Made by a program: the position numbers and the translations under genes. From assembly GCA_051294375.1 (NCBI GenBank), contig CM119263.1:26821525-26885524 (forward strand): a DNA stretch of 64,000 bases. Reading direction: 5' to 3'. This document shows, in pieces, positions 1 through 45,469 of the stretch (its first letter is position 1; each line of letters opens with the position of its first letter). Below the pieces are notes generated by a model. It saw only the letters and a list, made by a program, of their open reading frames with translations. It was not told the origin of the DNA and searched no databases. Source of the stretch: Paraspadella gotoi (Eukaryota > Animalia > Chaetognatha).

Positions 1-1144
1 CCGGCACGAACGGGAGAGGAACGAACCTGTTCGTACAAAAAGAAAAAAATTTTTCGAAAAAAAATTTAGCAAAAAAAAAAAAACGCCTAAGTCCCAAAAA
101 ATACAACAAGGGAGAAAACTACGCGTTAGTTAATTTGTTAATGCTGTGGGAGAAAAAATTCCCCAGCGAAGCGCGAAAATCGCAAATTTCCCCCCCGAGC
201 GTAAAGTTTACGAAAACCAGGGAAAAAAAGGCATGATGCGTTAATAACACTTTTCTCGGAGATTATCGAAGCCGCCCACGACGATTGAAAAGCTCGAGGT
301 TAACTGTCGAAAACCAAACATACAAAAATAACTAAAAAACCTAAAAATAAAATATTTAACTAAAGCAAAAAAATAATGTTAAAAAAGCTAAAATTAAATA
401 CTTAAAATTAAGAAAAACCGTAAAACACGCCAAATCAATCCCGGATTGGTCCGCCGCTACCAAGTCCCTCTACGGCCCGACGCGCCTTCGAGATCCAAAG
501 CACCAACCCGTAATCGTCGTTCACGCATCGAGCGGTCCACCTTGAACCGGAAGGTCGTCGCACGCAGGCCGAAACCGAATATTGCGTGCATTCACACACG
601 TGAGAAAATTTGGGGAAAGATTCGCACGCGTGGGAAAAAAATGGGTGTAATTTACGCTAGCCATCACGCATGCATCGAAAAATCGATGGCTGGAAAACCA
701 ATTTATCGATTGAGTCAATATAACGCATCTCTCTCTNNNNNNNNNNNNNNNNNNNNNNNNNAAATGTCTCAAGAAAAGCAGAAACGCTTTTATTGTATCA
801 ATTGATGAGATATAAATATTAGAATGAATAGAGAAAGAAGGATTCTGACAAAATTTTTAATTTTCGGTACAAATAAAATAAAATCTGCTAAATTCGACGT
901 CTGTGATTCGAAAAGGCGTTGAAGTCGTCCCAGCCGCCGCCGCCGCCGCCGCCGCAGCCCCAGTCATAACCGCAGCCGACGCAGCCGACGCCGCCCACCC
1001 AAAGTTCCGAAGATTGATTCGGACGTAAATAAACATGGCGACGTTAAAAACGTCAGAATCGCGTAAACGATCTCGTGGGGAGAGAGAGAGAAGGAGAGGA
1101 CGAGAGAGAGAGATGAGGAGTGAGAGAGAGAGAGAGAGAGAGAC

Positions 1145-1185
<41 letters not shown>

Positions 1186-4100
1186 AAGAGAGATAGAGAG
1201 ATCGTTTACGCGATTCTGTACGTTTTTTAACGTCGCCAGTTTATTACGTCCGGAATCAATCTTCGCGAACTTTGGTGATGGGCGGCGTCGCGCTGGCGTC
1301 GGCTGCGTTTATGACTGGGGCTGCGGCGCGGCGGCGCGGCGGCTGGCGACGACTTCAACGCCTTTCGAATCACAGACGTCGAATTTAGCAGATTTTATTG
1401 TATTTGTACCGAAAATTAAAAATTTTAGTCAGAATCCTTCTTTCTCTATTCATTCTAATATTTATATCTCATCAATTGAACAATTAAAAGCGTTTTCTGC
1501 TTTTCTTTGAGACATTTTATTCTCGTTAGATAACCAAGCAAAAATCACAAATCAATTTCAATCTTTTATAAATTCAACCTTTCGCATCAAAACTCTGGCT
1601 TCTTCTCACAGTTGTCTTTCTCGTTTCATCATTCATTCATTATTCATTCATTCATTTCATTCATTCATTCCTTCATTCATTCATTCATTCATTCATTCAT
1701 TCATTCATTCATTCATTTCATTCATTTATTCTCATTCATTCATTCATTTATTTATTCTCATTCACAGTGCCTTTTTCTTCGTTTCTCCAAATTTTAAGTC
1801 ATGCTTATTCTTTGCCACCTTAATTCATTCTTCGTTTTTCAGATAAATCCCTTTTCTCATCATCTTGTTTTTTCAAAATTAGACTCAGTTTTTCACTTTT
1901 TCTCTCTCTGAAACTCCCAAACTTTTCTCCCTCTCTACGTCACTCCTCTCTCTCTTTCTTTTCTCCCTCTATTCACTTTTTCCCTCTCTCTCTCTATTCT
2001 CTCTCTTATCAGTTCAACCTTCTTTTTTCATTTTCCACTTCCTTCTATATATCTCACCTTCTCTATTCTTTCTCTCCCCTTACCCTTTCCTCCTTTTCCT
2101 CCCTTTCCTCCCTTCCTTCCTTTCCTCCCTTTCCTTTTAAAACCTAAATATCTTCAATCATCGTTAGTGAGATTTTATATTCTTTCCGATTTCCCTTTTT
2201 TTTCTCTTTTTCTCTCCTATTCACTTCTTCATTTTTCCTTTTTGAAAAATCGAGGATTTTTCCTCCTCTGCGTTCTTAAGGCGCCTCATCGTTGTCTTCT
2301 TCTTATTCTTCATCGTCTTCGTCGTCTCATCGTTCTTCGTCGGTCCAATCGTCTTCGTCGTCATCGTCTTCGTCGTCATTCGTCTTTCGTCGTTCATTCG
2401 TCTTCGTCGTCATCGTCTTCGGCCACTTCGTCGTCTTCGTTGCCTCATCCCTAACAACATATCAAGCTAATATTGTTAATAATATTGTAACTGACCTTCT
2501 TGGTACTAGTGATATACTTTGTGATGTATTTATCTAATTCTCAGGCAAAATATACCCTTCTATAATGTCATCCTATATTTCAATTTTTTTTGTCATATTT
2601 GTATTGAACTAAGTTCGTAGCAGGTGGCCTGTCGTTGACAACTAACTGGCCTGAGCTGATCCTTGCCGCTATCAAAACGATGAGGAATTCGAGTTGAGAT
2701 GGCGCGACGAGACGATGGCGCCTGGTTCAAGACGCTCAAGATGATGATTCTGACGCCAAAGTCGAAGCCCAGCACTTCTATCTAAAGTTGATGAGATTGG
2801 AGTTAGAAGTCCTGGCAAAGTAATAACAAAACATTTAATACACACTTCAGCAAAGTATATATAAAAGTTTAAAGAATTCCATCTTACTTGTTTCTGAAGC
2901 CAAAATTGAGAAAAAAGGTTGCTCTATCACAAGGATAAATCCACCAATCCAGCGATCACAAGGTTTCTTAAAAAAAGAAGTTTCCGAGATTATCTAAAAA
3001 AGCGGATTTCTATCTTTTAAAAAAGTAGTGGAAAACGCATTTGCCAAGACTGAACAAAACTGAGAGGTCCCACATCGATAGAAATCAAGGGCCTGAGCAT
3101 CTAAAAAAAACGGCGGGGAACCAATTCAGAAACAAGCCATGCGTAGCCACTCGGAAGCTGTACTTAAGTATATATTTACTATGATACAAATTAGAAACCA
3201 AAGATGTCGCTGTGATGATCGCGGAAGAAATAGAATTTTCCTTGCGTAGTAAAAGTTAGAAATAAAGAGCACGGGTGTGAAAGAAGAGAAGTTTGGATTT
3301 CCACGGTTATATATATGATAATGATTTGTAACACCCCCCGCTATCTCAGGCATGCCAACATGGGCAATACTGGGATTACCCGAGCATGTCTAGAAATAAT
3401 CATCAAATATTCCGGGCGCAGCGGGATGGAAAAGTTAGAGGAAGGAAAAAAAATTTTAAAGCTGAGTATGCAAAAAATGCGCCAGGGACTACTTGCTAAG
3501 CCTTAAATAAACTTTGCGATTCCATTAAAACAGGAACCGTCTTCCTCAAAAAGCCGACAAACGGAGAGACGAGCAACGGCGGCAGACGAAACTGACCGGC
3601 GCTAGCTCTCTTCCCACACGCAGTTGTACTTCAAGTCATGATGTTTGAAGACGAAACAGTGAGTACAAGACACGAATAAGATCAAAAATTGTACGAGATG
3701 GTAAAAATACAATAGCCGTAATAATCAATTCTTCTGTGTCTGACTCAAAAAACAGGCTTCGAAGTTCGATTCGTAACGGAGTCGGGGTCACGTGTACAGC
3801 CGAAGATTAACCGCTCATCAGCCCCGCCTCAATCGGCGAAGCGCCGTGTTTACGGTTACCGAAGCGTACCAAACCTTGACTTGCGAAATAAAAAGGTAAA
3901 TCCTGACTCGAACGGCGTGTTTCAGTACACCGTTAAACAACCATAATTAATACAAACAAAACGCTAAAAAACTGGACTTCTTTCTGACTCTTAAAACAAC
4001 TTGCCGCTAACTGAAAAAAAATGACCACAATGGAAAGATCCTAGAAATAAATTGACACAAAGGCAGGGGGGAATTGAGACGAATTGGCGAGCTAAATAAC

Positions 4101-7100
4101 ATTCTAACTAACTGACTAACAAACATAGGAATTTCGGTTTACTAGCTTCGGGCAAGATTTACTAACCAAAATAACTAAATAATAAAGCAAAACAATATAG
4201 GCCTTATTCGAAATCTAAAGTCGTTTTATAACTTGGACCCCGTGGGGCCGGACTTTAAAACCCGATATTTTTCCTTTAGGTCGGAGACGCGAAGACCGGT
4301 GTAACTGCACCCGGTGGCCGATCTTCGAGCCCGACTATGTTACACCCGCGACTTCCGAAAGTAAGCAAACTTAAAAGGAATGAAGCGTGAATATTAATGG
4401 AAAGCCCGAATTATAAGGATAATACGCACCGCCGACCAAATCGAATTCTAAAAGAACCGAAAAGGTAAAAGAAAAAACAAAAGTTGTCGATCTTGTCCCC
4501 CCCCCCCCCTCCCCTGCGCTTAAAGCCGATATACACGCTTACCGAAATGCAATTTTTCCGCCCCACCGCAGGAACGACAATAGGATCTCGAAGTTAATTT
4601 TCGGACGGCTAAGAACGAAATCAACCTTGACCTTCAATCGAACATGGCAGGCAAAAATGTGCCCTTTCATTTGGTCACGAACAACCTGAGCGCGAATAAC
4701 ACAATCTCAAATATTCAAATTTTCCTTACCGCAGGTTGGCGCATCAGAGAAACGTCAAGCATTATCTCAGTCATGTCACAAGCATTTCTTCAAGCGGTCC
4801 CTCTACGATTCTCGATGAGGACCCCGGATACGAAAAGACCGAATCTTTGAAGATCTGCGTTATATTCGGACTCCTTACCAAAAAAAATGATTAGAGACGC
4901 ACAACCTACTACGACACAAAAAACCTTAGACTACTCCTACGGCGGAAAAAAATAGAAATTGAAAACAATCGAATTGTACTAAATACTTCGCCGTCGAATC
5001 TTGTAAATTCTTCTTCTTCTTGAAATTGAAACTATTCTTGAAATAAAGCTGTGAAATACACTGAAAAACAAAATAATTAACATTCCTTATCTACCTTTAA
5101 TGTCGTAGTAGGTGGGCAAAATTAAAAAATATTAGACTAGACCTAAAAAAAAACGAAATCAATACCTAAACAAAAACCCAAAAATTACGAAAAACCTAAT
5201 AATGCTAATCACTCTTAAAAACGTAATCAATCGTAAAATTGCGCTGAAGGAAGTTATTTTATTGGTTTTACCCTTACTTTTAAGCATCCGAATGCCGAAG
5301 CAACGAGATCAAGTATTTCGGCAAGCAAGGCAATACGACTACGGATGGGGCGAGACCCTCAAACCCTGCCAAAAAAGCTTAAGCAAAGCAATTAATATGA
5401 TAAACCTTCTCGTCGCTGGCCTCCCTACCCAGCACCCTGCCTAACTTTTTTAAGGGAGTAAAAACACAAAAAAGTTTGGGCGTTACAATATACCAAACGA
5501 ATACGAAACGATTTACTTGCCATCAAGAGAACCGCGTCGTAAACGTTCGATAGGGTAGTACTTAAAGGCTGTTTCGGGTAAATTTGTTCGACGCCAAGAA
5601 GGGCAAGGCGAAGCGTCAAACAAACAATTGATCGTTACGATTTAGAAAAAATATTTCGAAGTTCCCGGCCGGACTTTTCCCAAACCAATTCTGAGCGGAA
5701 TCGCGGCTATACGTAAGGTAAGTCGCCCGCTAAGCGGCGCGCAGGGCAGACAGGTCTTGAACAGGCCGAGACCGTCCACTCCGAAAGCCTAAATTAATGT
5801 GATATTTTAGCGTCGACTCGCCGAGGCTCCGTTCCGTCAGAGACATTTCGAAAGTCGAAGCAAAAAATTTATAAAAGCTTGAAAAAAACGTTAGGGGAAA
5901 ATTTATGAATAATATAAACGATCCAAAGAAGTAATCTATATTATTCTTACCTACTCTAAATTTCGCCAATCTTCTCTGCAGCTACCAAAAATACAAAAGC
6001 TAAAAATAAAATACAAAAAATGTGGACAGATCGGGCGTTCCTATGCAGTGCGGGTGTGGCAAACCACCGCTCCGAAGATGTGGTTTCGTTCTTTCCGTTC
6101 TGTTCTGGTCGGGGAAGAAAACACGCTTTGGCGAGCCGTTGGTGTTTTGTCTCCTTCTCGCTTAACCAAGAAGCCTTGACCGTGACCAACTTCACCTTTT
6201 TCTCAAACGTCTACGAAAACCTGAAAAGAAAACTTAAAAATTACACTTTGGAAATTCATTGCGGGTTAGTAAACCTTATACTAAATAAATTCGAAAAAAT
6301 AAAATCCATTTGCTAATAAACGAACAAAGTTATTATTAAAAAATTTTTTCTAAATAAATACTAAATTATTTTCATATCGAAAAATGGTCGTACCCCCCCC
6401 GGCACGAACGGGAGAGGAACGAACCTGTTCGTACAAAAAGAAAAAAATTTTTCGAAAAAAAATTTAGCAAAAAAAAAAAAACGCCTAAGTCCCAAAAAAT
6501 ACAACAAGGGAGAAAACTACGCGTTAGTTAATTTGTTAATGCTGTGGGAGAAAAAATTCCCCAGCGAAGCGCGAAAATCGCAAATTTCCCCCCCGAGCGT
6601 AAAGTTTACGAAAACCAGGGAAAAAAAGGCATGATGCGTTAATAACACTTTTCTCGGAGATTATCGAAGCCGCCCACGACGATTGAAAAGCTCGAGGTTA
6701 ACTGTCGAAAACCAAACATACAAAAATAACTAAAAAACCTAAAAATAAAATATTTAACTAAAGCAAAAAAATAATGTTAAAAAAGCTAAAATTAAATACT
6801 TAAAATTAAGAAAAACCGTAAAACACGCCAAATCAATCCCGGATTGGTCCGCCGCTACCAAGTCCCTCTACGGCCCGACGCGCCTTCGAGATCCAAAGCA
6901 CCAACCCGTAATCGTCGTTCACGCATCGAGCGGTCCACCTTGAACCGGAAGGTCGTCGCACGCAGGCCGAAACCGAATATTGCGTGCATTCACACACGTG
7001 AGAAAATTTGGGGAAAGATTCGCACGCGTGGGAAAAAAATGGGTGTAATTTACGCTAGCCATCACGCATGCATCGAAAAATCGATGGCTGGAAAACCAAT

Positions 7101-7134
7101 TTATCGATTGAGTCAATATAACGCATCTCTCTCT
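1..7134 (+). repeat. Exact direct duplication, 1-736 = 6399-7134
   Basis: Identical by eye, and both copies end at the same base before a 25-N gap. Confidence 0.9.
762..1517. repeat. Inverted repeat (arms of about 315 bp) around a (GA)n spacer
   Basis: 762-1074 is the reverse complement of about 1198-1517, with scattered indels. Confidence 0.85.
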
Positions 7135-7850
7135 NNNNNNNNNNNNNNNNNNNNNNNNNTCCCTCTCCCTCTGTGCCTCGTTTTTCAATTGGTCTCACTC
7201 GACTTATTTAAAACTCTGCTCGTTTCCGCTTACTTGACTCATTCCTCAACTTTGAATCATTTCTTCTTTTTTTCTTTTCTTTCTTTTCTTTCTATTCACT
7301 CAAGTGTTGAGTTGGATTTACTCAACTGTTGCCTCCGGTTGAGGATGTGGTTAATTTCAAAACACTGTGGATATTTTTTCACTGTGGTCTCTGATTATAT
7401 TTTAACTTAATTAGTAAATACGCGATAATTCCTTAGAAATTTTCTCCTTTTCTTTCGTTTTATTTTATTTTATATTAATTTATTTATTTAATTTAAAGAA
7501 TTTATTTTCAAAAATGTCGTTAGACACGGAATTCGAAAGAGAGAGATCCAACCAAAATTTTAACTAAAAATTAAACCTTAAAAATTTTATTTTTTTTCGA
7601 CCGTGGGCTGGCTGTGGGTATGCAGTGGATGCTGCAGATGAAGAGGTCGGGTTCGAAAAAGAGGGTATTGTCCGAATTCTCGGCGTGGGCGTGGCGTGAT
7701 AACCAGAAGTGGAACTAACTCTAAATATAAATCAACGGAAAAACCGCTTAGAAAGATTTTTTTTTGCCTCCAGCAGAGAATGCGATGCAGAGAGAGAGAG
7801 AGTGCAAAGAGAGAGAGAAAAGAGAGAAGAGAGAGAGAGAGAGAGAGAGA

Positions 7851-7904
<54 letters not shown>

Positions 7905-8095
7905 GACGGAGAGACCTTATTTATTTTACCTTTTCCATTTTTTATTCCTTTCTCTCCTTTCTTTATTCTCCGCTGAATTTCACATTTTTCCTATTTTAGT
8001 TCACAATTTTTGCTTTCTGCCCCATCATTCACTTTCTTTACACGACTCAGATTCTGCTTTCCATTCCTCTTCTCTCTTTCTTCTCTCTCTCTCTC

Positions 8096-8151
<56 letters not shown>

Positions 8152-8169
8152 TCTCTCCCCTCTCTCTCT

Positions 8170-8252
<83 letters not shown>

Positions 8253-8364
8253 TTCTACACCCACTTTTTACTTACCCAATCCTTGTTTTTTCTTTCGACT
8301 GTTGTAGAAAAAAAAAGCCCTTAACTTCAGTCGAGTATTTTATGTGACTTCTGAGAGTTCGGGC

Positions 8365-8415
<51 letters not shown>

Positions 8416-8421
8416 CTCTTC

Positions 8422-8454
<33 letters not shown>

Positions 8455-8793
8455 ACAGACACTGGCCCGCTTTGCTTTAAAGTGAATTTTCACGACTCGC
8501 TGCTTTCTCTTTTGGGTCGGCCTGTTTCTCTTTTTCCATCTTCCTTTCCATCTCTTTCTATCTGTCTTTCTTTGATTCTCTTTTTTTTCTGTCTTTATCC
8601 CCTATTTCCCTTGTCTGCTTTTTTCTCCCCTTCCCTCTCTCTCCTCCTCTTCTTCCTACTAGCAGTAAATCTGCTCAACTTTGATAAGAATAGAATGTTA
8701 TATTGCGAAAATCGTGTCAAAAGATCTTTGACCACGACATCATTCAGGGGATTCAATACGGCGCCACTCTCTCTTCTCTCTCTCTCCTCTCCT

Positions 8794-8847
<54 letters not shown>

Positions 8848-9072
8848 TCTTTCTTCTTCTCTCGCGCCGTCTCTCGCTAAATTCGTTTAACCAGTAGATT
8901 TTTTCCTTTTTCTTCCTTTCTCTCCTGTATTTTTTTCCTTCTCTCCCTTGCCAAAGTTTGCTCATTTGTTTAACCTAGTTCTCGCGCGCGGTCTGGGGCG
9001 GCAACAACATAACAACCTCTCCCTAATCCTTTTTTTTCCTTCCTCTCCCCTCTCTATTTTTTTTTTAAACAG

Positions 9073-41425
<32,353 letters not shown>

Positions 41426-41530
41426 GTAAGACTAAAGTCATTGCTTCCATCGACAATAGCGATATCACGAACAGACACAGCCCACGCGCAACGCTAATGA
41501 AAACAGAAATTACTAATTAACTTATTTTTT

Positions 41531-42900
41531 TGTCGGATCTGCTTATGATTCACTTTGTCGGTCCGTCGGTCCGCCCCCTCAATATTGTGTGGAAACTACA
41601 TATATCATGTCAGAATATCGAATTATGATAAATTATGAAAAAAAGAACGATGTCTGTCTGTCTGTCTGCCTGTCCGTCCGTCCGTTCGTCCGTACTACCT
41701 TAGCAAAAGACTCCACTTACTCGTGATTGAATGGATGGATTGGAATGAAATTTTGTGTGTGTAGGGAAGTGTGTGATTGAGCTAGATATGAAGTTTTGAT
41801 GGAATCGTGCGAATGAAAAAGAGTTTAAACTATTTGAACGCCAATTACTCATGAGTGGATGGGACAATGAACTTGAAATTTTGTATGTGGGTATGAAGGT
41901 GTGTGATTAAGCTGGAAATCAAGTTTCGATGGAATCGTCTTAGTGGAAATGAATATAAATGGAAAAAACAAAATACCTGTTTCACTAATCGATTATGCAC
42001 AGATCTTTCCTTTTATTTGTCTTCACGCCCGCGGAGACGAACGTTCGTGTTTTCACCCGGTCGAACTGCTTAACGTGAGCTTCCAAGAGAAAAAGTCGCG
42101 AATAAAAATATGAGACTTTTATTGTAAAGCAATATTCCTTGAGAAACTCGTAAATACGGAGTTTCTTCCGGGCGAAACAATATTAGTGAGATTACAAGCG
42201 AAACTAAAAAACGATCGAAAATCTCTCTGAAAATTGAGTCGGATAAAAATGCCCGCGAAAATATGACCGTAAAATGAATTGGCCTAAAAATAGCGAAAAT
42301 GAATAAACGAGGCAAGATATCTTTAACAGATTATGCTTCTTTTTATTTTTATATTAAATGTAAATGTAAGAAGTAATAATTAATCAAATAATTAATCAGT
42401 TAATTAATCAATTAGTTTATTAATTAATCAAAAATCAATTAATCAGTCAATTAATCAATCATTTAATCATTAAATCAATCATTTATTTAACTATTAATTA
42501 ATTATTCAATCAATCAATTTATTTATCAATTAATTAATTATTTAATCAATCAATCAATAAAGTCAATCGTTATCGGCATTATTGTCGTCGTCCCCATCAT
42601 CGTCGTTGACGAAAAGACCTCAAAACAAACATTTCGGATCAAATTAATTAATTTATTTATTAATTACCGCTAATGATCGTGCGAGTGGAAATGAGTTTAA
42701 ATGGAAAAAACAAAAGTCATATTTACTTGAAGCATTTTTAATATTTACTGATAATTATTATATTGATTAAAAATTGGATAAATAGATTGAAAAGAAATTT
42801 TGTGTGTGGGTAGGAAACTATGAGATTAAGCTGGATATAAGTTTTTGATGGAATTGTAGGAATAGAAAAGAGTTTAAAACAGAAAACCAAAAGACACATT
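41531..42900 (+). mobile_element. Helentron-associated/DINE-1-like non-autonomous repeat
   Basis: Starts TGTCGGATCTGC and has a (GTCY)n microsatellite at about 41650. Internal tandem units aaattttgtgtgtgggtaggaa...gatggaatcg...gaaatgagtttaaa recur at about 54820-55170 (-) and 60060-60850. Confidence 0.55.
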
Positions 42901-43144
42901 CATGTCAATTTTTAAAAGTTTCTCTCTATCTATGATTAGTTATCGGGCCCAAAGGAAGCCAAAGGTGACCAGAGAGTCCAAAGAATCGGTCAGATAAGGT
43001 TAAGAGAAAAGATTGACCAGAGTCGAGACAATATTTTTTAATGTAATCTAATTAATATTCGTTCATTAGAAAAACATTTTCGTTAAATAAAAACAAGCAT
43101 ATTTTCAATTACAACTCAGTTTTTGTTTAGTTCTTTAAACAAAA

Positions 43145-44825
43145 GCTCAGCATTGAAGTCAGCGAGTAGCTTGACGGGGTAGCGGTCAGAGACCGTCTGG
43201 GCGTTCAATCGACGATAATCGCCGCAGACTCGCCAGCCGCCGTCGCCATTTTGGTACGCAGAGAGCGGGGATGACCATGGGCTTTTTGCTCGTTGTGCGA
43301 CGACCAATTCCACCATCTTATCTAGTTCTGACTTCGCAACCGCCAGTTTCTCTTGACAAGGGCGACCGTCTTGACGAACGAGCGGGCGCAGGTGATTGTT
43401 GAAAAATCTTTCAAATCCAAAAGAATTCCGTCGCGGTGATTGGCGGCCAAGAAAAACTCCGCAAAGAAATCAGCTCTGGGTGACGTCCGCGATAACACTT
43501 CAATCTTGGGCCCAAATTAATCCGCTTATGTGCCGTTCCNNNNNNNNNNNNNNNNNNNNNNNNNGCCGTCCGTTAGCAGGCGATGGCGTGCCGTCGCCGC
43601 CTGAAGCTGAGGACCGTTTGGGCGCGGCGACGCGCTGCGGATTGAGAAATTAGTGAGTGCATTCGTCCTCCATCGATCAGCCAGGTCCTTCCATCACTTG
43701 AGTCCATAACGTGGAGCAGGTATGAATCGTTTGGTGAAGGATGGCATCGGCGATTGACGGCGTTCACCTGCGCCGACTCGCCACGCCGTTTCCGGCCTCT
43801 TGGGCGTTTTTCCTTCTTACTGAGAACAACCTCTCTCGCAACGATAGGCCTTGTCGCCGTATTTTGCATGAATATGGCAGATCATTTTGGAGTTTGGGGG
43901 CGGTGGCGCCACTTGATCTGCTTGACGAGGCGTTGGAGGTGTCATGAGGGCGGCTTTGCTTTTGGTGAGGCTTTGGGCGATGGTCGTGGCGCCTGTTGAC
44001 GGCGCTGATCGGATAGATGTGATCGTCGTCGCTGGAATTGTCGGAGACGGCGTCGTCGACGATCATGTTGAGGGGCGGCGCTCGTTTGACGTTTGGCGTC
44101 GAAGTGCTTGTCGGCCGCGCTTGGCTAACTCGGCCGCGGTTGCCGTTTCACGCGCGGTCGAATGAGAATGGTCCGGATGTCTCGAGGGAGCTCACTGAGA
44201 ACCAGTTCTTTGCGAATGTCGTCTATTAGAGACGGTCGTCGACTTTTCCACGAGCCTGGCGAGGTGTTGGGACGGTTTCATGCCGTCGAGTTTGAACCTT
44301 CCTGTCGAGGAGTAACTAACCTTGTCGGGGATTCGTAAGGCCGTAAGCGCGGCGCAAATATTCGAGGAAGAGGCCCAATTGCCGGCAGAAGTCTCGTTGA
44401 ATGCGGGGATCCGTGTCGACGGGGATCCTTAGCCTCCAAAAGGCAAACTTGTCTTTGGCGTTGACTACTCTTTTGCGGCGAGTATATGCGGTTTCGACTC
44501 GCTGAATCCAGATCTCGATATTTTCTTTATCAAAAGCTGGGAGGTCCGGTTTCATTGGCTTTTCGACGCCCCGCGTCGCCGCCATGGCGGCCGTCGAGAG
44601 GTTGGGTGACGCCTCGCGGAATGATGAGGCGTTACAGTTCTGCGTCGGTTTCACCTATGTGGCTAAAACGATTTGACTCCAAAGTTCGTATGAATAATAA
44701 AATGTTCTCCGGAACAAAAGTCTTTATTTGTTCATTCATGAAAACAGGCCTTAATAAAATAATCAAAGCATATAGATATTCTGGCTGCTTTTACCGACAA
44801 GCAATCAAAATATCTATATTACACA
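43145..44825 (-). mobile_element. Ty3/gypsy LTR retrotransposon, CsRn1-like clade, truncated and degenerate (5' LTR, gag, protease, start of RT)
   Basis: LTR about 44658-44825 followed by a degenerate Trp-type PBS. gag KPDLPAFDKENIEIWIQRVE and CHIHAKYGDKAYRCERGC (Cx2Hx9Cx3C), protease WLIDGG, RT SPWSSPL...WRVCGDYRRLNAQTVSDRYP. Many frameshifts and an N gap. Confidence 0.9.
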
Positions 44826-44842
44826 ATATTGTAAACAAGTAA

Positions 44843-44883
44843 AGTCTCTTCGAGGCGTGGGTTCGAATCCCACGCTGCCCCAC
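44843..44883 (+). pseudogene. 3' half of tRNA-Leu (variable arm, T arm, acceptor 3' strand)
   Basis: AGTCTCTTCGAGGCGTGGGTTCGAATCCCACGCTGCC matches the conserved metazoan tRNA-Leu(NAG) 3' half, apart from two single-base deletions. The 5' half is absent. Confidence 0.75.
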
Positions 44884-45469
44884 ATTTAAGTAAGTAGACA
44901 GGGATTTTGATATGAAATCAAGGTGGAATTTATTTGTAGAATAACTATCAAGAAGACGGTGTCAATTTTGGAACAGAATGAATCAAAGCAGAAACAGAGG
45001 CTATTTAAAGAGTAAGTAGGACGATCCCGTTTCTTCGCGTTTCGGTGCTGAGGAACTGGGCAATCTGCTAAATTAACAATGTTAATTTAAACTTATCTTC
45101 GAATTTGCATAAGTATTAACTGATAAACAGTTTAATTGATCTCATAATAAAAGAGTCATCTCCCGGATTCGATCCGGACTAATTATCCATGACTGTACTT
45201 AGTGGTTTTTACCACCTCAGTAATTATCATAGATATTCCATATACATTTAATTATTTCTAGCATTCTTAGAATAATCATGTTAAGAACAAAAGAACATTA
45301 TAATACTTATATCTTACTAGATTACACTAGTAGTAAACTTTATGGTTTCCATTTTTACAACTTCAATTAATTTCCTTTCTTTCTCATCATGGAATTGGTT
45401 CCACATGTCAATGTTTATTATCACAGTATTAATCTTTATATACTTGTTAACGTTTATTGATTTGATACT

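Noticed and set aside
762-1517. Hairpin as a MITE or structured RNA gene
   Set aside because: It abuts a gap, the arms differ by read-error-like indels, and no TSD is visible. It is probably a fold-back artefact.
2590-2825. GC-richer coding-like patch (also 11290-11940 and 55570-55780)
   Set aside because: No recognisable protein motif or consistent splice phase on either strand.
1-7134. 736-bp direct repeats as LTRs of a 7-kb retrotransposon, with ORFs at 446-805 and 6844-7410
   Set aside because: Both copies end at the same base before 25-N gaps. There is no PBS, PPT or pol sequence between them, so this is most consistent with an assembly duplication.
7696-8965. Low-complexity ORFs (ER/SL, SF or HSFI repeats) here and throughout the window
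   Set aside because: They are translations of (GA)n/(CT)n, (CTTT)n and (ATTC)n microsatellites, or ORFs running through N gaps.
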